From positions 5,888,001 through 5,952,000 of the forward strand of contig OY970368.1 of NCBI GenBank assembly GCA_963718615.1: a stretch of 64,000 nt of DNA. The letters are read 5' to 3'. The notes below the pieces were generated by a model, which worked only from the letters and a program-made list of their open reading frames with translations, was not told the origin of the DNA and searched no databases. The translations under genes were made by a program, and so were the position numbers. Below, one piece after another: positions 18,758 through 29,135 of this stretch (the stretch's first letter is position 1; the number at the start of each line of letters is the position of its first letter). Origin of the DNA: an uncultured cyanobacterium (GTDB taxonomy: Bacteria > Cyanobacteriota > Cyanobacteriia > PCC-9006 > JAAUQQ01).

Positions 18758-21199
18758 TCAATTACGGTTTTGAGTTAAAAACAAATTTTCTAAAAGCTGT
18801 TGCCGTTTCTCCTGAGGAAAGTAATTACGAGTGCGAATACAGTGACACAGTAATGTGCAGCCGTGGTAATAGTTGCTTAAACCAGCAACAGCCGATGCTT
18901 CCCCATAGGCAGTGGTGGGAAACTGAAATTGTTGCGATTCTAAAAATTGATTTTGTTCCTTGTCGGGTTGCGATACAGCCCCAACCTGTTGACTCATGGC
19001 TTGGATAGCGATCGCCCCTCCCAATCCCCCCCGTTGCCGAAGCTGTTGCTGCGTTGCTCGAAACAAATCCACGACATCCTGCCGAAAATCCTGAGGATGC
19101 TCTAATACATAGTCAAAAAACAGGGCTCGTACTTCATCTACGCTATGGGCTGCTTGGATTCTATTGTGCAAGCTTGAATTCTGCCACACTTGACGCAATG
19201 CATCCCCAAAGTCAAAGGTATTACCCTGTTGTAATGCCTGTTGCGTTTGCCCATTGAGATTGCATTTAAAGCAATGGGCGAGGACTAAATCATGGCTAAA
19301 ATGATAATCTACCGCTAACACTCGGCTAATGCGTCGAGCTGGATCAAACGTATAGTGATAATCTGCACAAAAGGCACTGATTACAAGCCTAGGTTCTAGG
19401 GGAGATTGCTCCAGAATCTTGCGAGCCTGGGCTGGACTTGCGTCAGTGACTTGATAGTAGGTAATGATTTTTTGAGCGATCGCCCCCCCTGCACTAATTT
19501 GCGTTTGTACAACGGAGTCCTGATCTCCTAAATAAATCTGTAACTGTTGGGCGATAAATTCACAAAAGCGCCAATGCTGATCCTTAGAAAGCATCTCCGC
19601 CAAAAATAGAAAAACATCGTACCAATCTCGTCGAAACAGGCGATCCGGTTGAATCACCGGGTTTACCGCTTGGTCTGAGCCAGGAAGAGCCATGATTTGC
19701 TCAAACAGAGACAAGGCAATGAGATATTCGTGAAAAGACAAATGGGAAAAACGATAATTATTCCAGCCCTCTTGAATAATCAGACCACAGAAAACTTCAA
19801 TTTCATGAATAAACGACTGAACGGACACCTGATCCAGATTGGTAGGGATTAACGCAGCACATTGTAAGCGATCGTCCGAGGCGGAAAAGCATTTTCCAGG
19901 ATTCTCAAAGGTGGCTTGGGCGATCGCCTTCAAGATCCGCAGCTTCTCTCCATAGGATTGACGACTAAAATGATTACTCGGATCTAAAACATGACTTTTA
20001 TTCCAGTCCTCTAATAAACCATGTAAGGCCATTTCGTAAAGTTTGGCCTTGCCCTGGGGTAAAAAGTTAGAGCTTTGAAAAACGATGCAAAGGAGGGCCA
20101 ATAAGAGCGGAATTTCTGCTAAGGCTTGGTCTGCTTTTGGCCCTTGCCGAATTTGGTCAATCCAACCGAGAAATTGTCCAATGGTCTGGGAATTGGACTG
20201 AAACCAGCTATCGATAAAGGCTCGGATTTGCTCACCTGAGAAATTCTGAATGGTGGCTTGGGTGAACTGGCTATAGCTGTGCTGATGGGCTGCGGTTCGA
20301 CAACTTACGACAATATGGTTTTGATAGAAAACATCAAAATTGGTCAGGAGTAATGTCTTGGAAACCGCTTCGGAAATTTCATCTTCGCCATCGAGCAATA
20401 GGAGCACTGAACCCGAGCGAAATAGCTCTAGAACGGTTTCAGATTCCAATTGACAAGTGATTCCATAAATTTCTGCGATACAGTCAATGAGTGATTGATG
20501 CTCAAGCGCCTTGGAAATGTCCCGAAGGGCAACGAACAGTGGCACTAAATTTGGCTTAAATAGACCTTCAATACATTGAGTCGCCAGATACTTTAAAAAG
20601 GTGCTTTTTCCGGAACCCGGCAAACCTAAAACATAGAGATGCTGGTATTTGTCAACCGCCTCTTCTCCCGATAGGCTGGGCTGGGCTGGGCTGGGCGTTG
20701 CAAGAATTGCGCTTGAATCGGGGGTTGAGTTGAGGCTTGAGTTGAGGCTTGAATCAATAAATGCATAGGTACTGCTGCTGTCCTGAATCTTGAGTCGCGT
20801 GGGGACAGCCTGAAAATGTTGAGGCAAAACGGCCCCTAGCAGATGCATCATCTGGCAGCGCTGGCGAATATAGGGCCGGATGCGATCGCGGACCGATTGC
20901 ACCTCTGAATTCACCCCCTTAACTGGATGTTCTGGATTAACCGCAGCCGTTGCAGGGACTGGCATCGCCTCGGCAATTAACTCCTGCCAAGACAACCCTA
21001 AAAATGTAGAGATTTCTTTGAATTTCGGCGACCAGACAGGTTCTCCCCGCAGGAATTTTCCCACGACCGATCGATCGACCTGTAGCGCTTCCGCAACGGA
21101 CTGGCGGGTCAGCAGACGCTGTTGAAAGATCTGTAGTGCTTGCTCGACCCCTTGTGCAGAGGCCCTGAGAGAGGGCTTACCCCGTCGTGACGACTTCAT
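18758..21199 (-). CDS. NACHT NTPase with N-terminal XRE-like HTH
   Basis: LRASAQG...TRQSVAEAL...VGKFLRGEPV....F..I...LGL.W HTH; GLPGSGKST; LLLLDGEDE; VSCR; PLLL; FSHLSFHEY. Confidence 0.88.
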   Translation of the reverse strand: MKSSRRGKPSLRASAQGVEQALQIFQQRLLTRQSVAEALQVDRSVVGKFLRGEPVWSPKFKEISTFLGLSWQELIAEAMPVPATAAVNPEHPVKGVNSEVQSVRDRIRPYIRQRCQMMHLLGAVLPQHFQAVPTRLKIQDSSSTYAFIDSSLNSSLNSTPDSSAILATPSPAQPSLSGEEAVDKYQHLYVLGLPGSGKSTFLKYLATQCIEGLFKPNLVPLFVALRDISKALEHQSLIDCIAEIYGITCQLESETVLELFRSGSVLLLLDGEDEISEAVSKTLLLTNFDVFYQNHIVVSCRTAAHQHSYSQFTQATIQNFSGEQIRAFIDSWFQSNSQTIGQFLGWIDQIRQGPKADQALAEIPLLLALLCIVFQSSNFLPQGKAKLYEMALHGLLEDWNKSHVLDPSNHFSRQSYGEKLRILKAIAQATFENPGKCFSASDDRLQCAALIPTNLDQVSVQSFIHEIEVFCGLIIQEGWNNYRFSHLSFHEYLIALSLFEQIMALPGSDQAVNPVIQPDRLFRRDWYDVFLFLAEMLSKDQHWRFCEFIAQQLQIYLGDQDSVVQTQISAGGAIAQKIITYYQVTDASPAQARKILEQSPLEPRLVISAFCADYHYTFDPARRISRVLAVDYHFSHDLVLAHCFKCNLNGQTQQALQQGNTFDFGDALRQVWQNSSLHNRIQAAHSVDEVRALFFDYVLEHPQDFRQDVVDLFRATQQQLRQRGGLGGAIAIQAMSQQVGAVSQPDKEQNQFLESQQFQFPTTAYGEASAVAGLSNYYHGCTLLCHCIRTRNYFPQEKRQQLLENLFLTQNRN

Positions 21200-21652
21200 G
21201 GTGAGATTTATCTTGAATCTTGCTTGACTTGTGGATATTTTGCTGGTTTTATAAATTCAAGAGCGTATTCTGTTTAACGAATTTCTCAGCAATTCTGATT
21301 GGTTCTAAGCCTAACCACCAAACAGCGGGATTCCCCTGGGGAGATTGATGCTGTCTTGGTCCAGAGACCGTTCCTTATTTTGTCCTCATTGGTCCTGAGT
21401 GGGTCAAAAAGGGGCCGATAAAATCATCATAATCCAGGATTTGATGGATGGGGCGATCGCCGACCGGAAGGAACTGCTGCAGAACGATGACCCAGAACGA
21501 TGACAGTTTAAGGCTAACGACTTAAGGCTAACGACAGTTGCGCCTAGTCCTGTGGAGATAATGCTGGGCGTTTGGGGGAGATATCAGCCCCGCACCCCAT
21601 TCATGTCCCCAAAGGGCTGTCCCTTCATCGTCATTTTGGATGACCCTCGATC

Positions 21653-22036
21653 ATGTCACAGGATTTTCTATCGCCTCGCTTTGACCTGTCCGCATTTCCG
21701 TCCGTATCTTTAGACGAGCAGCTTCAGCAGCTTCTGCAACTGCCGGTCCAGAGTCTCGATCGCTCAAAAGCGCTGACTCAGTTGATTATTGCCATACAAA
21801 AGTCTGGCAATATTGGGGTTGGTCTGGGTGTTGAAGATCAGGCGGAAGGTTATGCGATCGCCCTCCAAAAAACCTGGCTCCATTTTTGCCAACATCCGGA
21901 ATGCTATGGGCGAGGGGTTATCGAGCATTTCAATCAAAGGTTATGGGTCAATCTTCAGTGCGCTTGTTTTAGTACAACTGCTTTTAACGTTCCCCCAGCG
22001 CTGCGCGTTACCATATTTGAGGACCGAGTTTCCTAG
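21653..22036 (+). CDS. Possible N-terminal fragment of a cyanobacterial sigma-70-like protein
   Basis: LDEQLQQL...SLDRSKALTQLI..IQKSG...Y..ALQKTWL.FC...Y...V...FN..L resembles the N-terminal half of that family; no C-terminal HTH. Confidence 0.4.
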   Translation: MSQDFLSPRFDLSAFPSVSLDEQLQQLLQLPVQSLDRSKALTQLIIAIQKSGNIGVGLGVEDQAEGYAIALQKTWLHFCQHPECYGRGVIEHFNQRLWVNLQCACFSTTAFNVPPALRVTIFEDRVS

Positions 22037-22097
22037 AACGCGTGAGTAGTTCTGCAAACCGTCCTGCAAAATCCCCTGTGAATTGAGGAGTCTCGCT

Positions 22098-22328
22098 ATG
22101 TTTTTTGATGAACTCTCCCCCTTTGTAAAAGAGCTGACCCAAAATCCCATTGCCTTCCTCGGGGGCTTCGCCGCAGGCATTCTGCGCCTTGACCTCAATC
22201 AAGACCCCGTTAAAACCTGGCTCGAACAGCAAGGAGCAACCCCCACTCCACCGGCAGGGGGCTCCGGCGGCAACTCCGGCGGCAACTCTGGCAATGGCAA
22301 CGGCCCCCAATCGATTTCAATTGATTAG
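22098..22328 (+). CDS. Conserved cyanobacterial small protein (UPF0426-like)
   Basis: MFFDELSPFVKELTQNPIAFLGGFAAGILRLDLNQDPVKTWL...GPQSISID; GAGGAG RBS before ATG at 22098. Confidence 0.8.
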   Translation: MFFDELSPFVKELTQNPIAFLGGFAAGILRLDLNQDPVKTWLEQQGATPTPPAGGSGGNSGGNSGNGNGPQSISID

Positions 22329-22339
22329 AGGGAATCTCC

Positions 22340-23434
22340 ATGGCGTTTTCTGCTGCACATCCCCTTGGGGTCGCCATCGTTGGCACTGGATTTGGTCAAA
22401 AGGTACATATTCCGGGGTTTCAGGCTTTCCCGAAGACTCAGGTGGTGGCGGTTTATCATCGCGATCGCCCCAAGGCCGAAGCCATCGCCACCACCCACCA
22501 AATCCCCCACGCCTGCACCGATCTCGATCGCCTGCTCGAACTTCCTGAGGTTCAAGCCGTTAGCCTGTCTACGCCGCCCTTTGCTCATTTTGAGATGGCC
22601 AAAGCGGTCCTCAAGGCGGGCAAGCATTTGCTCCTGGAAAAACCCACTGCGCTCAATGCCAACGAAGCCAGGGCGCTGTTGGATTTGGCCACCGCTCAAG
22701 GGGTCATGGCGACGCTGGATTTTGAATATCGGTTTGTCCCGGCTTGGCAATACCTGGCGGAGCTGCTGGAATCGGGGTTTGTGGGGCAAAAATACCTGGT
22801 GCGCATCGATTGGCTGATGTCTAGCCGTGCCGATAAGAGCCGTCCCTGGAATTGGTATGCCCAAAAATCCATGGGAGGCGGAGCGTTGGGGGCCTTGGGT
22901 TCCCATACCTTTGACTATATTTCCTGGCTCTTTGGGCCGGTGCAGCGGCTGTCGGCCCGGTTGTCCACGGCGATCGCCGAACGCACCGATCCCAGGACTG
23001 GCCAGCCCCGCCCCGTGGATGCTGATGATACCTGTTTGATTCATCTCGATTTAGCGGATGGCACGCCGGTTCAGGTGGCGCTGAGTTCAGTCAGTCGCAA
23101 TGGCCGGGGGCATTGGGTGGAGGTGTATGGCGATCGCGGTACCCTCGTTCTCGGCAGCAGCAACCAGCAGGACTACGTTCACGGGTTTCAACTTTGGAGT
23201 GCCCAGGCCGGCGAAGACCTGAGCGAAATGCCGATTCCAGCACGCTTTGCCTTTGAGAAGGACTATCCCGATGGTCGGCTCGCACCGTTTATCCGCGTCG
23301 TCGAAAACTGGGTCCGCAGCATTGAGCAAAACACGCCCAGCACACCGACGCTGCGAGAGGGGCTCTATTCTCAGATCCTGATGGATGCCACCCATCGCTC
23401 CCAGGAGACGGGGCAGTGGATCACGGTCGGCTAA
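22340..23434 (+). CDS. Gfo/Idh/MocA family oxidoreductase
   Basis: VAIVGTGFG, GKHLLLEKP, GGGALGALGSH. Confidence 0.92.
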   Translation: MAFSAAHPLGVAIVGTGFGQKVHIPGFQAFPKTQVVAVYHRDRPKAEAIATTHQIPHACTDLDRLLELPEVQAVSLSTPPFAHFEMAKAVLKAGKHLLLEKPTALNANEARALLDLATAQGVMATLDFEYRFVPAWQYLAELLESGFVGQKYLVRIDWLMSSRADKSRPWNWYAQKSMGGGALGALGSHTFDYISWLFGPVQRLSARLSTAIAERTDPRTGQPRPVDADDTCLIHLDLADGTPVQVALSSVSRNGRGHWVEVYGDRGTLVLGSSNQQDYVHGFQLWSAQAGEDLSEMPIPARFAFEKDYPDGRLAPFIRVVENWVRSIEQNTPSTPTLREGLYSQILMDATHRSQETGQWITVG

Positions 23435-23477
23435 AGCTGTGATCCAAAGGTTAGAGTGCCTTAGAGCACTTCTGTAC

Positions 23478-23816
23478 TTAGCTCACCGCAAAGTCCGTAT
23501 ACTGTCGGAGATGGGGAGCATGATAGGCTAAAACAATATCCTGCTTGGGTACTCCTAATTCGGCTAATTGGTCTGCGATCGCAACCTCAGACCCATCATG
23601 TTGCACCCAGATCTTCCCGTCTTTAATATCAACATGCACGACACAGCCATAAATACGGGTGCTGTTATCCTTCCAACCTGTGTGGACAATTTGGTAATGG
23701 TCCCGTTCCGTATCAAAAACGAGCTCCGTTTCTATGGATGAGTTCGAAGATTGAACTTGAGCTCTTTGCTGAAGTAAATCTTGGATATAGTGGCGATAAA
23801 GATTTAGTTTATCCAT
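23478..23816 (-). CDS. xisI: XisI family protein
   Basis: MDKLNLYR, FDTERDHYQ, GW, HVDIKDGKIWVQHDGSE, LGVPKQDIVLAYH. Confidence 0.92.
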   Translation of the reverse strand: MDKLNLYRHYIQDLLQQRAQVQSSNSSIETELVFDTERDHYQIVHTGWKDNSTRIYGCVVHVDIKDGKIWVQHDGSEVAIADQLAELGVPKQDIVLAYHAPHLRQYTDFAVS

Positions 23817-24220
23817 TGAATGATCCTTGGGGTTAACGTGCTATGAACAATTAAAGGAACTTGGTTACGCCGAACAGATTTCTGAACGAATGGATAGATA
23901 AAAAAACGTTTATAAATGTCTTCAGGTACAGCTAGATAAAGTCGCCTTTCGGGCTCTTCATCCTCTAGAGCAAGCCGATAGTTGATAAATTGGCCAATAG
24001 CTGCATGAAACTCAGAAATCGTTGAAGGTGCCAAAAAAGTCTTAATTTCAACGGCTATCTTTTCTGTATTGCGTTCCGCTGCAATCAGACGTTCTGCACC
24101 CAAATCGATATAAAGATCGGTAAAACCCAACTCAATTCGATACGGGTCATGAGTAATGCTCCAGCCTTCATCAAACAAAGCGTTTTTGACTAACTCATGG
24201 AAGAGATCCTTGGCCGACAT
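23804..24220 (-). CDS. xisH: XisH family protein
   Basis: MSAKDLFHELVKNAL..EGW.ITHDP, DLGAE, IAVEIKTF, A.GQFINYR, RRLYLAVP. Confidence 0.92.
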   Translation of the reverse strand: MSAKDLFHELVKNALFDEGWSITHDPYRIELGFTDLYIDLGAERLIAAERNTEKIAVEIKTFLAPSTISEFHAAIGQFINYRLALEDEEPERRLYLAVPEDIYKRFFIYPFVQKSVRRNQVPLIVHSTLTPRIIQWIN

Positions 24221-24380
24221 TCGCGACGCACCCCTAGCAGCGAGATAGATGTAGATCCTTTATCATCTTAACAATAAGAGTTCTTTCTACTGTGCAGGCA
24301 GTTGACTTTTCCTGGGAGGGGAACGAATTTCCGGCAATGGACGACTAAAATAGAAGCACTTTTTCGTTCCAGGGATTCAT

Positions 24381-27164
24381 ATGCCGCTGCGTTTTGCCTC
24401 GTTATCCGCTCGCCCGTTTGGTGGAGTTGCCCGTCTGTTGTGGGTTCTGGTGCTAACACCCCTGGGGGCAATGGCGATCGCAACCGGTACCCCAGCCCAG
24501 GAAACCTCCCCCAGCCCAACCCTCTCCCCCAACCCCTCCAGCCGCTCCAGCAGCGATCCCAGCAAGTTACGAAAAACCGCTGAGGACCAATACGCCGAGG
24601 GACAGTTCTCCGAAGCCCTGAAAACATTGCAAACGCTCTTGGCTGAGCAACAAAAGCTGCGTCAGCCCCAACAGGAAGCCGAAACCTTAAATCTCATTGG
24701 CTTAGTTCAAGACCGGCTGCAACAGTTTGAAGCGGCTTCCATGTCCTACCAAAAAGCTTTAGAGTTGTATGGCAATCTCAAGGCGACTCAGCCAGACATT
24801 GCTAAGCAGGGGGAAGCGCGGACGCTGAATAACCTGGGGACGCTCTATGCCTCAACGGCTAAAACTCCAGAAGCCCTCGGTTTTTTGGAACGAGCCTTGG
24901 GCCTGTTTCGTGAGCTTAAAAACCGCGAAAGCGAAGCCGTGACGCTGCGGAATCTGGGCAATTTGTATTTGCGGGCCAATCGGGGAGAAGAGGCGATCGC
25001 CGCTCTGGAAAAATCCCTCGCCCTCGAAACCGAACTCAAACGCCCGGTGCCCATGGTCGAAATTCTCGATCGCCTCAGTACGCTCTATCTCAGCGCCGGA
25101 GCCCCAAGCCAATCCTTGGCAGCGCTCCAACAGGCCTATGCAATTGTTGAGCCTACACCCGATCTAGAAACTAAACTGGCGTTGCTCACACGGATTGGGC
25201 AACTGTTTGAAAGCGGGGGACGACCGGACAAATCTGTTGAAGCCTATCAAACGGCTTTAGACTTAGTGCTCAAGGCCAGCACCGATCAAATTGGCGAAGC
25301 AAAACGCCCCCTAGAAGGTCGCCTGCGCAACCGCATTGCCGAAGTGTTTGCCGATGCGGGAGAAACGGAACGGGCCTTGGCTCAGTATGAGAAAGTGTTG
25401 GCGATCGCCCAGGATCTCAAAGACCCCTTCGGCCAAGCCCAAATCCTCACCAGTATTGGTGATCTTCAGCGTCGAGTCCAAAATCTTCCGGCGGCTCGCG
25501 ATCGCTACCAGCAAGCCCTCACCCTCATTCAACCCCTCAAACGTCCGATTGCTGAAGGACGTTTGCTCAGCGGTCTTGCCGTTGTGGCCCAGGAAGAGGG
25601 CCAAGTCCCCGAGGCGCTGAAACTGGCTAAGCAGGCCCTCGCGATGCAGGAGCAACCAACAGCTAATGAGGAAGAAGCCGACCTACAGCGGGCGGGAAAA
25701 GCCGTGACGCTCAGCTTGCTAGGGGATCTCTATCGCACTCAGAATCAATATGAACCTGCCGCAGCGGCCTATCAACAAGCACTAGTGGCCCTCGGTCCCC
25801 AGGGGAACTTGCTCTTACAAGGCGAGAACTTGACCCATCTCGGTGCCATGCTAATGCAACTTAAGAAGCCCGAGGACGCGGTCAAACCGTTGCAGCAGGC
25901 GATCGCGCTCTGGGAGGCCGTAGGGCTAGAATCGGCCCAGGGAGGCGATCGCGATCCCATCGAAGCATCCTACCGGTTGCTAACGGATGCCTTTTTGCTG
26001 CAAGAGCAACCGGACCAGGCTTTGGGGGTCGTGGAACAGGGGCGATCGCGCCTCTATCGCACCTTGCTAGACCTGCGCCAACCCACCCAAGCTCCACCGA
26101 TCAAGTCGCTCAGTCTGGAACAAATCAAACAAAGCGTTACTGAACAAAAGGCAACCGCACTCATTTACGATCTTGCCCAAACGGAGCAAGCATCCTCCAG
26201 ACCCTCACAGCCCCCAAGCTTGAATGCCACAACGTTAAGAATTTGGTTAATTCAATCGGATGGTACCGTTCGGTTTACGCCCGTGGCACTGACGCCTGAC
26301 CAGGCCAAGCTCCTGAAAACCCCGCCAGCAGTCACCCGTGAGGTCCTTCAGCAACTGGCCGTCCTCTTGCTAGATCCGATCGCAGAGCAGTTGCCCAAAT
26401 CCGGTAAAACTCCGCTACTGATTCAGCCATTGCCAAGCCTACAAAATTTGCCCTGGGCTGCCCTGCCCCTGGGCCAAAAACCGTTGTTAGAGTACCAGGC
26501 GATCGCCATCATCCCCAGCCTACAAATGCTGGTGCAACCTACCCTGGCAAAAACAACCACGACGTCCAGGGGAACGGCCCTGGTGGTTGGCAATCCCCAA
26601 TTTCCCAAGGGGGCAAATCATCCCGTTGCAGCGGAAGAAGCGGAGGCGATCGCCCAACTGCTCAATACCCAAGCCTTGACCGGCAAAGCAGCGACGTTGC
26701 AGGCGATCGCACCAGCCTTATCCCAGGCCAAAATCATCCATCTGGCGGTCCCAGAACTCAAGGTTGAAGACGTGGGGGAAGCCCTGATCTTTGCTTCAGA
26801 GCAGGAGCTCAAAGGCATTACCCCTGCTGATATTTTGGCCCTCAATCTGCAAGCGGATCTGGTGACCCTCCATGGTCTCCCTGGAAATCTTGATCAACCC
26901 GCCCAAGCCCCAATGAGCATCGCCCAAGCCTTTCGCGCTGCCGGTGCAACCACCGTGATCCACGACCCAGGTCAGGCTTCAGATGAAGCAACGCGGGATA
27001 TTCTGAAAGGATTTTATACCAACCTTAAATCAGGACAAACCACCGCCGAGGCCCTACGTCAGGCCATGCTGGCGGCCCGTAATCAGTATCCAAATCCCCA
27101 GGATTGGGCTGGACTGGCGCTGATGGGATCGTTTGCCCAAACGATCGCGATGCCGCAGTCCTAA
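24381..27164 (+). CDS. Signal peptide + TPR + CHAT-like protein, catalytic dyad degenerate
   Basis: Many TPRs (EAETLNLIG, EARTLNNLG); CHAT motifs LVVGNP, AEALRQAML, P.DWAG; His motif reads IIHLAVP and Cys motif reads LVTLHGL. Confidence 0.85.
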   Translation: MPLRFASLSARPFGGVARLLWVLVLTPLGAMAIATGTPAQETSPSPTLSPNPSSRSSSDPSKLRKTAEDQYAEGQFSEALKTLQTLLAEQQKLRQPQQEAETLNLIGLVQDRLQQFEAASMSYQKALELYGNLKATQPDIAKQGEARTLNNLGTLYASTAKTPEALGFLERALGLFRELKNRESEAVTLRNLGNLYLRANRGEEAIAALEKSLALETELKRPVPMVEILDRLSTLYLSAGAPSQSLAALQQAYAIVEPTPDLETKLALLTRIGQLFESGGRPDKSVEAYQTALDLVLKASTDQIGEAKRPLEGRLRNRIAEVFADAGETERALAQYEKVLAIAQDLKDPFGQAQILTSIGDLQRRVQNLPAARDRYQQALTLIQPLKRPIAEGRLLSGLAVVAQEEGQVPEALKLAKQALAMQEQPTANEEEADLQRAGKAVTLSLLGDLYRTQNQYEPAAAAYQQALVALGPQGNLLLQGENLTHLGAMLMQLKKPEDAVKPLQQAIALWEAVGLESAQGGDRDPIEASYRLLTDAFLLQEQPDQALGVVEQGRSRLYRTLLDLRQPTQAPPIKSLSLEQIKQSVTEQKATALIYDLAQTEQASSRPSQPPSLNATTLRIWLIQSDGTVRFTPVALTPDQAKLLKTPPAVTREVLQQLAVLLLDPIAEQLPKSGKTPLLIQPLPSLQNLPWAALPLGQKPLLEYQAIAIIPSLQMLVQPTLAKTTTTSRGTALVVGNPQFPKGANHPVAAEEAEAIAQLLNTQALTGKAATLQAIAPALSQAKIIHLAVPELKVEDVGEALIFASEQELKGITPADILALNLQADLVTLHGLPGNLDQPAQAPMSIAQAFRAAGATTVIHDPGQASDEATRDILKGFYTNLKSGQTTAEALRQAMLAARNQYPNPQDWAGLALMGSFAQTIAMPQS

Positions 27165-27194
27165 CGGCGATATTCCTAACAGCAATCCCGGTCC

Positions 27195-28169
27195 TTAGGG
27201 TTTTGAAGCTTCGTACTGTTCATAGGCCGCCACGATTTGTTGGACTAGCGGATGGCGAACCACGTCGGCCTGGGTAAACGAGCAAAAGGCAATGCCTTCG
27301 ACATGGCGCAAAATCCGATGGGCCACGGCCAGACCCGAAGTTTGGTGCTCCGCCAAATCCGTTTGCGTTAGGTCTCCGGTGACCACCATGCGCGACTTAA
27401 AGCCCAAGCGGGTCAACACCATCTTCATTTGGGCAGGTGTCGTGTTTTGGGCTTCATCCAGGATCACAAAGGCATTGTTGAGCGTGCGTCCCCGCATGTA
27501 GGCCAGCGGAGCGACTTCAATGATGCCGCGCTCCATCAAGTTGGCAATCTTTTCTGGGTCCACAATCTCATAGAGCGCATCGTAAAGCGGGCGCAGATAG
27601 GGATTCACCTTTTGCTGCAAATCCCCCGGCAAAAAGCCTAGCCGCTCCCCCGCTTCCACCGCAGGACGGGTCAGGATGAGCCGTTCGTACTCCCCCTCCA
27701 TCAAGGATTGAATGCCCAGAATCGCCGCTAAATAGGTTTTGCCCGTGCCTGCAGGCCCCACACAGACCGTTAGGGCATGGCTGCGGATGGCCTTGAGATA
27801 GCGTCGCTGATGGAAAGTTTTGGCTCGGACCGCTTCTCCCCGACGGGTGCGGGCGATCGCATCTTGCCGCAGGGCTTTCAGCTCATCCTGCTGTTCGGTA
27901 TCAATGGCGTGCCGAGCAGTCAGAATGTCAACGGGCGTGACTAATGTACCGACTTCCCAGAGCGCCGATAGCGCCGTCAGTAATTTCTGGGTCAGTTCAA
28001 CCTGGCTCGGGGTTCCGGCCATGTGAAGGGATTGACCTCGCAGAACCAACTTTGCCCCCGTTTGTCGGGAAAGTAGCTTGAGGGTTTCTTCCTGTTCACC
28101 GGCTAGGGCGATCGCACTTTCAATCGTGGGCAGTTCTAGAACAGCAGTTTCGGGATTGCTCTGAGCCAT
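27195..28169 (-). CDS. phoH: PhoH family ATPase
   Basis: GPAGTGKTYLA, LTRPAVEAGERLGFLPGDL, ILDEAQN, DVVRHPLV. Confidence 0.95.
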   Translation of the reverse strand: MAQSNPETAVLELPTIESAIALAGEQEETLKLLSRQTGAKLVLRGQSLHMAGTPSQVELTQKLLTALSALWEVGTLVTPVDILTARHAIDTEQQDELKALRQDAIARTRRGEAVRAKTFHQRRYLKAIRSHALTVCVGPAGTGKTYLAAILGIQSLMEGEYERLILTRPAVEAGERLGFLPGDLQQKVNPYLRPLYDALYEIVDPEKIANLMERGIIEVAPLAYMRGRTLNNAFVILDEAQNTTPAQMKMVLTRLGFKSRMVVTGDLTQTDLAEHQTSGLAVAHRILRHVEGIAFCSFTQADVVRHPLVQQIVAAYEQYEASKP

Positions 28170-28177
28170 GGTGGGGA

Positions 28178-28564
28178 TCAACCGTCACGACGGCGAGGCT
28201 TGGGAGGTGCGATCGAGCGGCGAGGGCGATCCTCTGGCTGCTGCCGAGGTGCTCGATCGGCAGAGGCTTCGTCCTCATGGAGGTCACCGTGATGGTCGCC
28301 ATGGTGCTCACCCCCGAAGATTTCCAGGGTGATGTGCTGGGAAGCATTTTGGGCCGCAGCTTGTAGGATGGCACGGACAGCCCGAATATTGCGTCCGCCT
28401 CGACCGAAGAAACGACCGCGATCGGCATCTCCCTCCAGAGCAATCCGCACCCACACCCTTGTGCCACCCCCTAGGATTTCACAGCTAACTTTGAGGTGAT
28501 CCGCAGAGCCCACCAGGGGCTCCATCAGAAACCGGGTGAGCTGAATATAGTTGGGAGAAGCCAT
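28178..28564 (-). CDS. khpA: KH domain RNA-binding protein (KhpA-like)
   Basis: DRGRFFGRGGRNIRAVR; position between rpsP and phoH. Confidence 0.85.
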   Translation of the reverse strand: MASPNYIQLTRFLMEPLVGSADHLKVSCEILGGGTRVWVRIALEGDADRGRFFGRGGRNIRAVRAILQAAAQNASQHITLEIFGGEHHGDHHGDLHEDEASADRAPRQQPEDRPRRSIAPPKPRRRDG

Positions 28565-28570
28565 GGATAA

Positions 28571-28819
28571 TTAGGAGTTGACCTGTTCAAACACGTTTGC
28601 TTTGGTCAAAATCTTACGCACGGTATCGGAAGGCTGAGCCCCTTGCTTCAGGCGGGTGACGATGGCGGGAACGTCAAGGCGAGTTTCGTCGGTGCGGGGA
28701 TTGTAAAAGCCCAGTTCTTCAATGGGGCGACCATCCCGGCGGGAGGTGCTGTTGGTGACCACCAGGCGGTAGCTGGCCTCGCGCTTTTTACCAAATCGCT
28801 TGAGTCGGATTTTGAGCAT
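28571..28819 (-). CDS. rpsP: 30S ribosomal protein S16
   Basis: [21 protein letters not shown]...[15 protein letters not shown]. Confidence 0.99.
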   Translation of the reverse strand: MLKIRLKRFGKKREASYRLVVTNSTSRRDGRPIEELGFYNPRTDETRLDVPAIVTRLKQGAQPSDTVRKILTKANVFEQVNS

Positions 28820-29135
28820 GGTCTTTCGGAGTTCGCTATCTTCTTAGGGTATTCGGAGCTGGAAAGGTTCGCGTTCTCAGCGTTTTTCTCAGCGTTTTTC
28901 GGGGCTTGCTTGGCGGCTAGAGGGTGTTTTGCCAGATCAATCCGTCAGTCACCGCGATGGCCACCAAATATGAAATGGTAGCACAGGATGCAGCCTTAGC
29001 CCAAGGCCACGTTCCCAACTGTTTGACAACGCCGTAACAATCACGCTTTTGTGACAATCACGCTTGCCAAGGCTAGAAACGCAGCTCCCTGCCAAGGTTT
29101 TCTCAGTTTAGCGTTTCCAGTTTAGTGTTGATGGC

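Noticed and set aside
23478-24220. Intact fdxN-type excision element
   Set aside because: No recombinase or interrupted target gene nearby
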